64,000 nucleotides of DNA from Lama guanicoe (taxonomy: Eukaryota), in contig MU053431.1 in assembly GCA_013239625.1 (NCBI GenBank), forward strand, positions 1,330,485 through 1,394,484, written 5' to 3'. The translations under genes and the position numbers were made by a program. The notes beneath the pieces are model-generated. The model saw only the letters and a list, made by a program, of their open reading frames with translations. It ran no database searches and was not told where the DNA came from. Below, one piece after another: positions 25,140 through 42,800 of this stretch (its first letter is position 1; each line of letters begins with the position of its first letter).

Positions 25140-26280
25140 GCGCTTGCTGGAGCAGCACAGACAGCGGGCTGTGTCGATGAGGACGTCGGAAAACGCTGCG
25201 CTTACTGGGGGAGACGTGGGTCACTTTGTTCACTGAGTTTGGAAGATTTCCACGCTACTGCTTGTTTTGGACTGAACTGAACTTGGACGTGGTCGAATCA
25301 GAACCACTTGTTTGGGGGAGTGTTGCCGGGTAACCCCTTGGAGGGACCTTGGCCTGCCTCTCGTTAGTTGTGCACAGCCTAATTCTAAGATTTTGTTGTT
25401 TTGCAGAAAGGTTTCTAGAGTGAAAGCTTGATCCTCACTTGGTGATTGTTTGGTCAGCTTTGACTTTTAAAGTGGAACCAAATCTCGTTTAGCAAATGCG
25501 GCAGCCAGGCGCAGCTCTGCAACTCGGCTGGCTGCTGGTACTGCCGGCCCAGCACCCCCACTGCCACCGGCGGGGTCCCAGGAGCCAGGTGTGGCCAGCA
25601 CGGGGGCGTGCAGGGGTGGGTGGGGAAGTGGGGTGTCCCACAGATCATGTTGTATTAAGCGAACACACAACCCTAGCGTGCAGAGTAGCGATGTCAAGGT
25701 AGGGGCTGGTGGGTGGGGGTGCAGGAGGGCCCTGGACGTGCGCTGTCACTTGGAGCCTGGCTTCCTCAGGGCCTGGAGTGGGCAGTGGAAGCCCAGGACA
25801 GGCCCCTCTCTGGCACCCCTGGCCCTCCTGCCCAGTCCCTGCCAGGCCCTGACCCTGCTGGGACTCTGGTCGAACTCTCTTCAATGTTTCCTCCACTTGG
25901 AATTGAGCCAGTCTTTTTTGCAAGGTCAGTTGACTGAGAGCGTATTTCCTCTCAATTGTAAATAGTTCTGTTTTGTTTTACTGGCGGGTGGAGGGAGGGT
26001 GGGGAATATAAATTTGTTGCATGAGTAAGTGGGTCAGACCTAGAAGCATGTGTCCCTCTGGCTGACAGGGCCTTATGGTGAACATAAGCACCTTGGTAAC
26101 TAAATCCCTTTAAATAGCTACAAAGGTTTTAGTTCTGTATCGATTAAGTTACTGTAAAAGCTTAGGTTTATTTTTGTAGGACTTAATGGCTAAGAACTAG
26201 AACATGGCAGTGGGACTGCTGTGTTGGAGTAATGTAAACTTGTAATTACAAATAAACATGCAAACCTTTAAAACTTGTTT
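25140..26280 (+). other. LSM14B: LSM14B terminal 3'UTR exon (probable)
   Basis: Acceptor ctcctccttgcag| at 25139 pairs with the donor at 24605; AU-rich 3' part ends near AATAAA at 26251. Confidence 0.65.
26251..26256 (+). terminator. LSM14B polyadenylation signal AATAAA
   Basis: AATAAA with upstream TGTA motifs (26233, 26241) and downstream T/GT-rich sequence. Confidence 0.75.
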
Positions 26281-27882
26281 TGCTTTGAAAGTAAGTAGTC
26301 TTGTTGACTCTGTTGCCCGAATTACACCACGTCTGACATGCCTGTCCCAGGGTGGGTGCTGTTCAGCTGGCAGGATTTGGGGGACACCTGGCACCCTTGA
26401 GACAGACCCGAGTCTGCTGTGTAGGCTGCTCCCCTGGGGTGAGGGGGCTGCTTTCCACGCACTTTGGACACAAACTAGTTTACAAAGTGCTGCTCACAGA
26501 TAAGCCGGCTTCAGAGGGGCCCTCTGCTGCCCTCACCGTAGCTCCCACCCCCCCAGGGCTTGTGTTCCTGACACCGCAGGACCTGCTTCAGGGCTGGATG
26601 GACCCTGGGCCACAAAGAAAAGCGAAGACTGGAAGCATCCCATTTCATTGTAACGGGTTTCTGGGTGACTTTTAAAAAAGCTCTCAGGCCTAAGGCCTGC
26701 CTGGTCATCAGTGATGCAGTCAGGCCGCAGCAGGACCAGGCAGCAGGCCGACTGTGGCGTCTGGGCTCAGCCTCGTGTCCTGGCAGACTCCCCTTCCTGG
26801 GCAGGCAGTTACTCCCTAACAGACTCTGAACACTGGGTAGTTTCGGAATTTGAACAAATTCTTGGCAACCTTCCATTTTTTGGCAAATGAAAGCCACGCA
26901 GTTTACCTGCGAGATGCCGACAGCCTCGGCGCCAACTCTGAACTCGGAGGTGACTCAGCACTTCAGCGAAACAGGTATTTCTCTCCTAGAGATTCTAAAT
27001 ATAGTTGTCACTTTACCACCTATGATTAACCTTGCTATTAAAAATTTAAACTGACATTTTGACAACTGCACATTTTAGGCTGAATTTAAAATGTATCTGG
27101 GCCTCTACTCCACTGTGGAAGCCAGAGGTACGTATGCCATTAAATGAGGATGCAGAGCAAGAGAAGCCGTAGGTGGCTGAGAGCAGAGCCCCTGGGAGTC
27201 CCGCCCTGGAGTCCCAGGAGACCAGCCCAAGGACCCAAGGAGCCCTCTGTGTTCTCTCAGGGCACCAGCACTGGGGGCAGGGCCTCATGAGAAGCAGCAG
27301 AGCTGTGCAGCCAAAGGAGGTGGTTAGGATTTTTCTATGAAGGTAAAACTTAGAACCATCACCCTGCTGCTGGACTGGAAGCTAAAACAAGGGCCGTCTT
27401 TCTGGCTAAAAGGTGAGAGGGCAGGAAAGAGCCAGCACCAGAAGTCTTAAGGTAGGAGGTAAAAGGAATGTTGGCTTGATCTACTGAAACCAGAAATTCA
27501 AGACTAGCTTCACAGCTCCTGCTCAGCAACACAAGGTGGTAAGTTCAGCTGAGTGCTGCTTTCTGTGCTGGTGTTTTGTGTCCCTGACATTACATTCTTA
27601 AAGGACTATGAAGGCCTCAGGAGGCAGGCAGTCATTCTGTGTCTAGGGCCCCTAAAGGAGAGAAACCCGGAGTTCTGCACCCGCGGCTCCTGTCTCCAGC
27701 AGCGTGGACCCAGTAATGCCCCCACAAACCCCACGGGAGGAGCCCATTTCAGCCACCACCTTGTGTCAGTCTGGCACTGAGAAGCCACAAGGAACACTCG
27801 AGAGACTCAGTGAGCACGTTTCCTGAAGAGCTATCAGTACACCCAAACGATACATACTCTGAAAGATTAAAAAAGATGGAGG

Positions 27883-27888
27883 TTTATT
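27883..27888 (-). terminator. PSMA7 polyadenylation signal AATAAA
   Basis: tttatt on + strand about 110 nt past the stop codon. Confidence 0.8.
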
Positions 27889-27995
27889 GTAGGACATGGG
27901 GACAATACAGATAATGGAATGGAAACGCCTACGAATCATTCTGAGAATCATCCATGATTTGAATTTAAAAATCGCTACAAGCAAGATTTCACTCA

Positions 27996-33617
<5,622 letters not shown>

Positions 33618-33618
33618 T

Positions 33619-33710
33619 NNNNNNNNNNNNNNNNNNNNNNNNNNNNNNNNNNNNNNNNNNNNNNNNNNNNNNNNNNNNNNNNNNNNNNNNNNNNNNNNNN
33701 NNNNNNNNNN
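33619..33710. other. Assembly gap (92 N) in the bidirectional promoter core
   Basis: N run. Confidence 1.
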
Positions 33711-33829
33711 GGCGCGGCGCCCCCCCCGCTCCACGCCCCCGGCGACTGCGGAGAATGAGCGCCTCGGGCCGCGGAGCGCAGCCGGAGAATAAACCCTGAT
33801 GATCTCGGGCTGATCTCGTGCCCGCGACT

Positions 33830-33898
33830 ATGTCGGTGGCCTTCGCGTCCGCTCGGCCGAGAGGCAAAGGGGAGGTCACGCAGCAAACCATCCAGAAG
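33830..33898 (+). CDS. SS18L1: SS18L1 exon 1
   Basis: MSVAFASARPRGKGEVTQQTIQK|gtgggc. Confidence 0.95.
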
Positions 33899-36800
33899 GT
33901 GGGCTGGGGGCCTCGGGCCAGGGTGACGCGGGGTGCGTGCAGGCGCGGGGTCGGAGCGCGGGCAGCCGGTGGGCGCGGGGCGCGAACAAAGCCGGGGCGC
34001 AGCCGACCGCCGCGACCCCGCCGGGGCCCCTCGCGCGCTCCGCGGCCAGCCTGCGCCAACTGGAGTGGGGGCGCGCGGGGCTGCGGGCAGGGGCGCAGGG
34101 CTCTCAGCGGGGTGGTGTCCGCGGAGCCGAGCCGGGAACAACGCTGGGCCGCGCCAGGCGCAGTGGGGACCCGCCGCCTTCGGGGACAGGGGCGTAGGGT
34201 GGCGGAACGGGGAGCACGCGGGGTGGTGTCCGAGGGATGCTACCCGCGGGGTGGTGTCGGAGAGGTGGTGTCCGCGAAGCCAATTCGGGAACAATCCTGG
34301 GCCGCGCCGGGCACAGTGGTGACTCGTCGCCTTTGGGACCAGGAGCCGTGGGCAGGGGCGCAGGGCGGCGGGACTCGGCGCCCGCAAGGTGGTGTCCGCA
34401 GGCCGCCCCGCGCGCAAAGGGGACCGACCTGGCTGGCCTAAGAGGTGGCGCAGCGCGGTGGGCGGCCCCGGTCCCTGCGCGAAGCTTGACTGGTGGAGGG
34501 GGCACGGGGCGAAGGGGCCAGCAGCCGGCCACGCCTGTCGCCTTACTCTGGTGCTGGCACTCCGAGGCACAAAGGGGCGCATCCAGAGTATGGTACGCCG
34601 TTCCAGCAGCTCCGCAGCTCTCTAAGGAGCGTGCCACACTTCGGGGCGACCTGCTGGTGAGCGTGACACCTGACCAGCCTCCTCACCTAACAAACTTTAC
34701 AGATTCGCTTTACAGCCTTGCCCGCCTTCTGCAAGTTTGGCTTTGTGGTTTTCTAGAGATAACCTTCAGGTGGGTTTGGGGACATCTTTATCAGAAGCCT
34801 TGAATTTTGAAATTGAGGTTTTAAATTTTCTACTATTTCTCTTTATAAGACAGGCTCAGAAGAAAGTGGATGTTAGTCATTCTTGCTTCGATTTTCTCAG
34901 TGTCTTTGGTAGCTACATGACTTTCTTTCTAATCTAGAATTCGTGGGATCGTGGGCAGTAGTATTTGGTTTCCAGGAGCCTCTTATTTCCCCCAGGGATT
35001 CATGATGACTTGCCAGGACCTGGTGGACTTGTCTTCAGCCTCTTGCCTGTTTTGAGACTATTTTGCTGTGACTGGTTTTACAAACGAGGAGCCTCAGTAA
35101 ACTCAAAATAGGAAAAAGATGGTTTGAGAAGCAGCAGAGATACAGGTTTGAAAGTGGGGCATTTTTATTTGTTTAGTCAACACGTACGTGGTGCTCACTG
35201 CAGACCAGGCACTGTTCTAAGGCTTTGCAGATCTCAATTCATTTAATTCCTCAGGTTAGTTACTAACCATCATCCCCACTTTATAGATAAGGACACTGAG
35301 GTATAGGGAGGCTGAGCGCCTGCTGGTAAGTGATGGAGCCAGGAGTCAAACCCAGACAGTGGCTGGAGGGCCTACCCTCACAGTGACGCTCGGTTTGGGC
35401 CTCTTGGTGAGGCAGAGGGTCTGGTGTGTGGCTCAGCCGCACATGTTAGCAGCACTAAGGTCCTCGGTGAGTCCTGGCTCTCTGCAGCTTAGCTATGAAG
35501 AACACAGTTGCGTTCCTGAGGTCACCTTGGCGTCAACATCCTTCCAGTTATTTGCACTTTGCACCCACCCCCTATTAAAGCTCCCAGATTCTCCAGGCAA
35601 AACTGCAGTAGAGCGCTGCTTCCAAACATCAGATCAGAAAGACTGCACCCCGGAGCCGAAAATCTGCCTGATGGCTGTTGAAATGGGCCTTCCGCCCAGG
35701 CTGTCATCTGGTTTGACCCGATAGGGTTGGCAGTCTGTGGACTCACCTTGGTGTTTTGACACTGAACGTGTGTACCCAGGACTCTTTACTGGCAGGCTGA
35801 GGGGATGTGAGAGGTATGTGTTCTACACTCACGGGAGCTGTGTCCACACCACGTGCTCATACTCAGAGTGTTGAGAAAAGTGAGGAGTTCCTCGGAAGCC
35901 TGCTTGGTAGTGAAAGAGCAGGAAGTAGACTCTTGTCCTTAGAGTATATCTGGATAAGAGTGTGCCGGGCAAACTCCTACTGAACCTTCAAGGCCCCACT
36001 CAAATGTCCCCTCCTCATGCCCCCTTGGCAGTCGTGTGGTGCGTACAGCACTTTGACACATTGCTTGGGCTCCCAAATTTTCATGTTGCTGACCTGTACT
36101 TGTGCGTCCCCAGCCGGCACAATGTCTGGCACAGGTAGTGCCCAGGACACGCTGGAGCGTCTGTGACACTGGTTCTGTCAGCAGGGGTGCCTCGGATAGG
36201 TAGATGAGTTCTGCCATAACAGAGAACCACAAACGGGGTGGTTTCAAACAGCAGAAAGGTACTGTCTTAAAGGTCTGGGGGCCAGAAGTCCAAAGCGCAG
36301 GTGCTGGCAGGGTGGTTCCGTTCTGGGGTTCTGAGGGACGACTTGTACCGCGCTCTTCTCTGGGCTTCTGGTGGTTGCTACAGTCCTTGGAGCTCCTTGG
36401 CTTGTAGACACATCACCCCTTCTCTGCCTCCATCTCCACGTGGCTGTCTCCCTGTGTGTGTCTCTGTCCAGTGTCCCTCTTCTCACAGGGACACCAGTTA
36501 CAGGGCCCACCCTTGTCAAGTGTGGCCTCGGTTCCGCTTGATTAAATTTGCAGAGACCTGATTTCCATATTAGGCCACCATCACAGATACTGGGAGTCAG
36601 GACCTGAATGTGTCATTTTGAGGGACACAATTTAACCTGTAAGAGAGGACATGTGGGGCTTGGGGTGTTCCAGACAAAGAGAACCAAGGAGCAGGGGCAG
36701 GAAGGGTCTGGAAGTTCAGGGGAGTCCCGAGGGGTCCCCTCTGTGGTCTGCAGGGAGCAGGTACAGGCAGCAAGACCGGCAGGGCCTGCGGAGCCAGGGC

Positions 36801-39800
36801 TGAGCGCTAAGGTGCTTCAGCTTGTGGCCAAGCACAGTGTTCGTGTGGTGACACGCAGGTGAAACTGTGCTCTGGTGAGAACCCCCGGGGCCGTGACTTT
36901 GCTGGAGCACGTAGGATGGAGATGGGCAGTGTCCCAGCAACCGCCGGTGGCCCCGTAGCAGGCGGGGACTTGCCCTGCACTGCTCTCCTCCGGTGTGGGG
37001 CTGTGCTCGCAGCGTGACTGGTGGGCCACGTAGCTGGGCTGGGCACACTGGAGGGCCCCCGGTGCCTCTTTGCTGCTTGGCGCATAGTAGGTGCTTGATA
37101 GGTGTAAGTTTTATTGTTATTGTTTGTATCAGATTCCTTGGTTTGTCTCCTTGGCCAGAGGGTGGGAGTGGTGTTTTGTCCGTCTAAATTCACCGCGTAC
37201 GGGGGCGGGCTCCATGGGAGCTGACAGACGGGTGGGCGCCCGGCGTGTTCGCTGGCTCGGGTCTGGTATAGGAGAGCGAGACCAGCAGGGCACATGCTCT
37301 GCCCCCGCGTCCTCTGTGCCAGGGGCAGGGGCGGGGGGCACAGGGGTGACGGATGGCCGCTGGGTCGGGGGATGGATCCCCTGTGCATTCTCAGACCTGG
37401 AGTCTATTGTCTTAAAGAACATGGGCTAATTTGTAAGGGGGGTGAGTTGGCCATTTTAAAATTAGAGCCGTCTCATGACTGGGAATGGTGTGGGGACTCT
37501 GAGCCTCCCATTAACTTGGCTGATTGACTAGTTTCCGGCAGTTGTCACCGGAAGCGCTTTCTTCCCAGTGAGCAGAGGCCTGGGAGGATCCCCAGGGATG
37601 GGAGGGTGTGTCCCCTCACTCCGGTCCTTGGGGCCAGCCCTGGGGAGGGTGGGGATGGGACCCCGGGAGCAGCAGGGGGACCCAGCCAGGGGCTGTCTGC
37701 TGCTCTTGGTGGGCTTCCTTGTGCTGGGAGTGCCGCCCTGAGCGCACCTCGACCAGAGCTGTAGAGGCTGTGAGCGCAGCCCCTGCAAGTGGGGAAGTGC
37801 ATTCTCCAGGAGGGGACAGCCCCCCAAGTCAGACCTGGAGTCAGACCTGACCGTAGCCCTCCTGAGTGCACTCCTGCAGAGCAGGCATTGTCCGGGGGCC
37901 CTCTGGTGGCAGATGGAAGCATCTGGGTAAAGTGCAGCCTCCCCAGCCAGAGCAGTCGCCTGCCTCCTCCAGGGGCTGGCTGACTCCCCTTAGCAGCTGT
38001 GTGTGGAGTCTGGAGGAGGGAGGGGACAGCAGCCAGGTGACACTCACTTGCAGGTGTCCCCACTGGTGCTCTCCTCGTGGCCCCCCGCTCTCTGCCCCTA
38101 ACATGCTGCCCTGGCCTGTGAGGGCCTGGGCACCAGCCTCCGTGCTGGGAGTCAGAGGGCAGCTTCCCTGCGGTCCCCGGGCTGTGAATAGGGGCTGCGC
38201 GCCCACCCTCTCAGTGCAGGAGTGAGGGGGGCCTGGCGCTGATGACCACAGGCTGCGCAGGACCTGGGCAGAGTCGGGCCAGTGTGGTCTCCCGATCAGC
38301 ACCACCACGACAGCTCACCTGCCTGTGCAGGGGCTCCAGGGAGGAGGTCTGGATGCCATGTCCCGTTCCACTTGGCTGGCCGGGCTCCCGAGCAGATGGG
38401 CACCGCTCACGTTTCCTTCCGGTGCGGGGCTGGGGGGGGCAGTGGCCCCTTGAGTCAAGGGTGGGCGTGGAATCCCGTGGAGCTGGGGGGGCGCTTCCTG
38501 GGCTCAGAGTCTCGTTCAGCTGATAGCGTTACCCAGCCCAGCCTCACCATGCCTCAGCTTCCTCGGTTCAAAGAGGGCGGTGCCACCATCTCCTCACCAG
38601 CTGCACCTGTGGTTAAACGTCCAGGAAGGCGCCCAGCCTTGTAACTGACTCGGCCTTTTGATCGGATCGGACACTTGACCAGGATGGATGAGCACGTTCT
38701 GAAAGGGGGGTGATTCCAAACTGCAGGAGCCCATGTGAGTCCGGGGCCATGTGAAGAGGCGAAGGGAGCCGAGCTTGGCCTCTGCCCGGACTCCTTGTGG
38801 GCTGGGCAGCAATGACCAGCGATGATGAGCGCCCGGGCGCTGGAGACAGGAGGTGACTCCCACAGAAGGAAGGTGGGCGTGTCTGCTGATGCACTGATGT
38901 TAACACGTCTTATTGTGTCCTTAGAGTCCTTGGAAATTGAACACGTGTGTCAGTCACAGAGGTAGGCCCCCAGGGCAGGGGCCAGCCCCTCCCAGGGACA
39001 CCGTGCGTGTAAGGTTTGGGCCTTACGCCTTAACGCCCACGTCATGTGTTCTCCAGTCAGGCAAACGTTCCAAGGGGTCCTGTCGGCTTCCCTCAGCAGA
39101 GTCTGTGGCACCGGTGGGTGGTGGCTGCGCGGTGCCTGGGGAAAGGAGCCCTGATCAGTCAGCCATGTTTGCCCCAAGAGGAGGCAGGGGAGGAGGGGGC
39201 ACACAAGCCAAGTGCTGGCTCAGCCACCTGGTGACACTGCACAGCTGCCAGTCAGCGCCGGGCTCCTCCTTTCGCGGCTCCTAGGGGTTACCTCGCGTCG
39301 AGTCCATCCCATACGTGGAGGACACACACTGCGGCCTTGATTGTAGCCACAGAAGCCAGAGACCAACTGGACACCATATGTATGTTCATATCGTGGAATT
39401 CTCTGGAGCTTAGGAAACAGTCGGTGGGGAGGGTCTTTATGGTAGATACAGGACACTCCAGGACATCAGGGAGGACAAGGGCCAGGGGAGACCAGCGGGA
39501 CGGGAATGTTCCAGGTGTACGGACACAGGGGTCGGGGGATGCTTCCAGGAGGCGCCGAGGCTGGCGCGAGTGGCGGCCTCGGAGGCGAGGTGGGAGGCTC
39601 GCCTTTCCTGCGGGGCTACCCGGTCTCTGGCACGTCCGCGGAACTCTTCCCACTTGAACAGCAGCAGTCTTTGTTAATTACAGGAACGTCCACAAGGACA
39701 TGGTGAGGGGACTTCCTGCCCATCGTGGGATGACCTGAGCCCCCCTCGGCAGTGAGCCTCAGGGCCCCTCTTCCAGGGCCACATCCCGGTTGTCATGGGG

Positions 39801-42800
39801 GGCCATTTCCCCTTCACACATCCTCACCCAGGTTTCCACCACTCTCTTTGTGGGCTCTGGGACCCCACTCCCTTCCCTCCCCAGTTCTCTGTCATCCTCA
39901 CTCCCTCACCCACACCATCAGGACCCTACGTGTCCCCCGTGCCCAGCCCTTCCTCTCTGCCTGCGAGGCCTTACTGCCAGGCAGGGCCCACAGGAGGCAG
40001 AGCTCAGGCCCTCTGTGCCCCGTCATTCACCGGTTCCCTTGCAGCTAAGTCCAGTTCCTTGTAAAGCCTCATGGGAGAAACAGCAGCCAAGGAATAACAT
40101 CTGGCTCTGTGTCCCGTGTTCCCACCCCAACGTGGGTGCTGGGCTTGGCTTCAGGACGCTCTGACCGCTGAGATGTCAGCCAGCCTAACCCGGCCGAGGC
40201 TTGGTAAGCACCTGCACTGGGGCTGCCCTCTTAGAGCCCTGCGACCACCAGGATGACCAGGTGGAGGAGGCCCTGACCTGATCCCAGAGGTGAGCCCATG
40301 TGAGACTTGCAGCAGACCTGCTCAGATGGCCCCAAGCTAAGAAGTTTTCATTACTGCATGTGGGGATGTTTGTTACACAGCAGTGGGTAATAGATATGCC
40401 TGTGTATGTTGTGACTTTGTTCATATCAGCCTCTGCAGTCAGCCCAGAATGCAGTTCAGAAGGTCACCCTCACTCTGGTTGGCTCAGGACTCCCTTTCCC
40501 CTAACTGCCCCATAGCTCCATGTCTCTGACATGCCATACCCTCTTACCCAGTTCCCAGAACTTCTCTCCAGTTTTGGATGTGCCTGCTCTGCCAGGCCTC
40601 TGCCTGTGCTCTGCCCTGCACCTGGGCTGTCCTTCCATCTCCACCTATGCGCTCCTGGTCCGCTCTCCCGCTAAGGCTTGGACGGCATCCCTGGGTGTCC
40701 CCCGCTGCCAAGATCATATTCACCAAGCTGCCACCTTGTGGCACCAAGCAGACATGTGTCCACGTCCGTCTCTCCCTGCTGCTGGTGCCACCATGAGCAA
40801 GAGTGGGATCTCGCCACCTCCTTGTCGAATTCGCCAAGGCCTGGGACAGGCCTTCTGAGATGGGATCTCACCACTTCTCGCCGCCTGGCCCTCGATGCTG
40901 AGCTCCATATGGCAGTACCACTTCCTCCACTAACTGCCCCCAACATCCTCGCCTCCAGAGGCCGTGAGCCATGCCTGGCATTTGGGTTTCAGCCCTCACA
41001 CTTCATGAGTCTCAAACTCCTTTCTCTGTGACATCGTGGCCCCGTCACCCCTGAACCTGTAGGAAATCAGGCTTCCCAACAGAACGGAGTACAAGGGGCG
41101 TGCCTTCTGGTGCAGGAATAGACAGGATCGCCTGTGACAAAGCTTGGGAGCTGGGTGTCAACCGGAGACAGTAATAAATATGTGAAGAAGTAGATTGTTA
41201 ATTCTCTAATCGGTGTAAGTGGTTTCTTTATTTTTCAACTTAGTATTATAGATACACATTTTTAGACACATACCAGATAGAGAGAAGAGTCCAGGGGCCC
41301 CTAGACCCACCCAGTTCAGCAGTCCCAGACTCCTTTCAGGCTTCTTTTAAATGATAGTACAAACATATGCCTGTCTTAGACATTGTCATAAACACAAATG
41401 CATAAAGAAATTAAAATCTATATTCGTAACCTCTGCCCTGGAGACAGCCAGGGTTTCCCTCTTGTCACTTATTCCTTGTTTTTAGGTTAGAGTTTATGCT
41501 CATCACGTGCACATAAGGAGTCAAATAGTGCTGCAGGGTTTCCACGTCCGCGCAGCGCCCTCTCGCTCTTTTTATTGCTTATCCAAGTAGCTACTTCTGG
41601 AATGATTTTAGTTTTAGGCATTGTCTGTTGCATTCATCTGCTCAGGCTGTTACAACAGAACACCACGGATGGGGTGGCTGAAACCACCGACCTTCGTTTC
41701 TCACGGTTCTGGGGCTGGAAGTCCAAGCTCAAGGTGCTGGCAGGTTTGGTAAGGGCCTGCACCCTGGCTTGTGGATGGCTGCCTCCTGGCTCTTCACAGA
41801 GACGAGAGAGGAAGCTCTGAAGCTCGGCTGTTATCTTCTTCTTATAAGGGTGCTTATCTCGTGGTGGGGCCTCCACACTCGACCTCATCCAAACCCAGTC
41901 ACCCCCAAAGGCCTCACCTCTGGATGTTGCCACATGGGGAGTTATGTCTTCAGTATAGGAGTTTGGGGGGGACACAGATACTCAGTCCATGACATTTGCT
42001 GATCTCACATGATGACGATGGAAAGTGGGGACTTCACCCCCCTACAACCCGCCAGTGCTCCCATTACCCCGGAGGGCTTCCTGCTGGTTGTGGTGGTATA
42101 AATGGTGCTCCGTGCAGGATCGCAGGATCACTCTTCTTGCCCAGTCTTTCACTTTCCCTGGAGTGGGCAATCTCACTTTGCTTTTCATCACTTCTCCCTA
42201 GTTTATCCTGGACGTTCTTCCCTGGAGCCTCTTCAGCTCAGGTGTCCTGTCGGGATCATTGTCTCAGGGCTGCTCTTCTTGGGCCTCCACGGGTCTCCCT
42301 CCATCATGGTGGAGCTTCTTTTGGCTTCTGTGTTGGTCTGAGATCCTCCCTTTTTGCCGTTTGCGCCCTTGTCTTGGGCCACATCCTGTCGTAGATTCCC
42401 GAGAGAAGGTGTATGGGATGTGAACCTTTTTTTTTTCCTTTTTCAGTTTGAGCCTTTTTTAAAAAAATCTTTTTAACATTTTGGGGGTATTATTTATTTA
42501 TTTGCTTGGGGGAGGTGATTAGGTTGGCTTGTTTGTTTGTTTAATGGGGGTCCTGGGGATTGAACCCAGGACCTTGTGCATGCTAAGCACGCGCTCCACC
42601 ACGGAGCTACACTCTCCCTCTGGGACATGAACCTTTAAAAGGGTTCCTGTATGCTCTTCACCTGGATTCCCCAGCTTAACACACTGCCTCATTTACTCTC
42701 CTCTCACCCTGCCCCACCTTGCCCTGTATATAAATACTGTTTTTGCTGGAAGTTGCAGACCTGAAACCTCTTTACTCCCAAATGCTGAAGCATCACTTTC

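Noticed and set aside
33797..33813. Box C (TGATGA) and box D (CTGA) motifs
   Set aside because: Only 7 nt apart, in a 5'UTR, with no guide region; not a snoRNA
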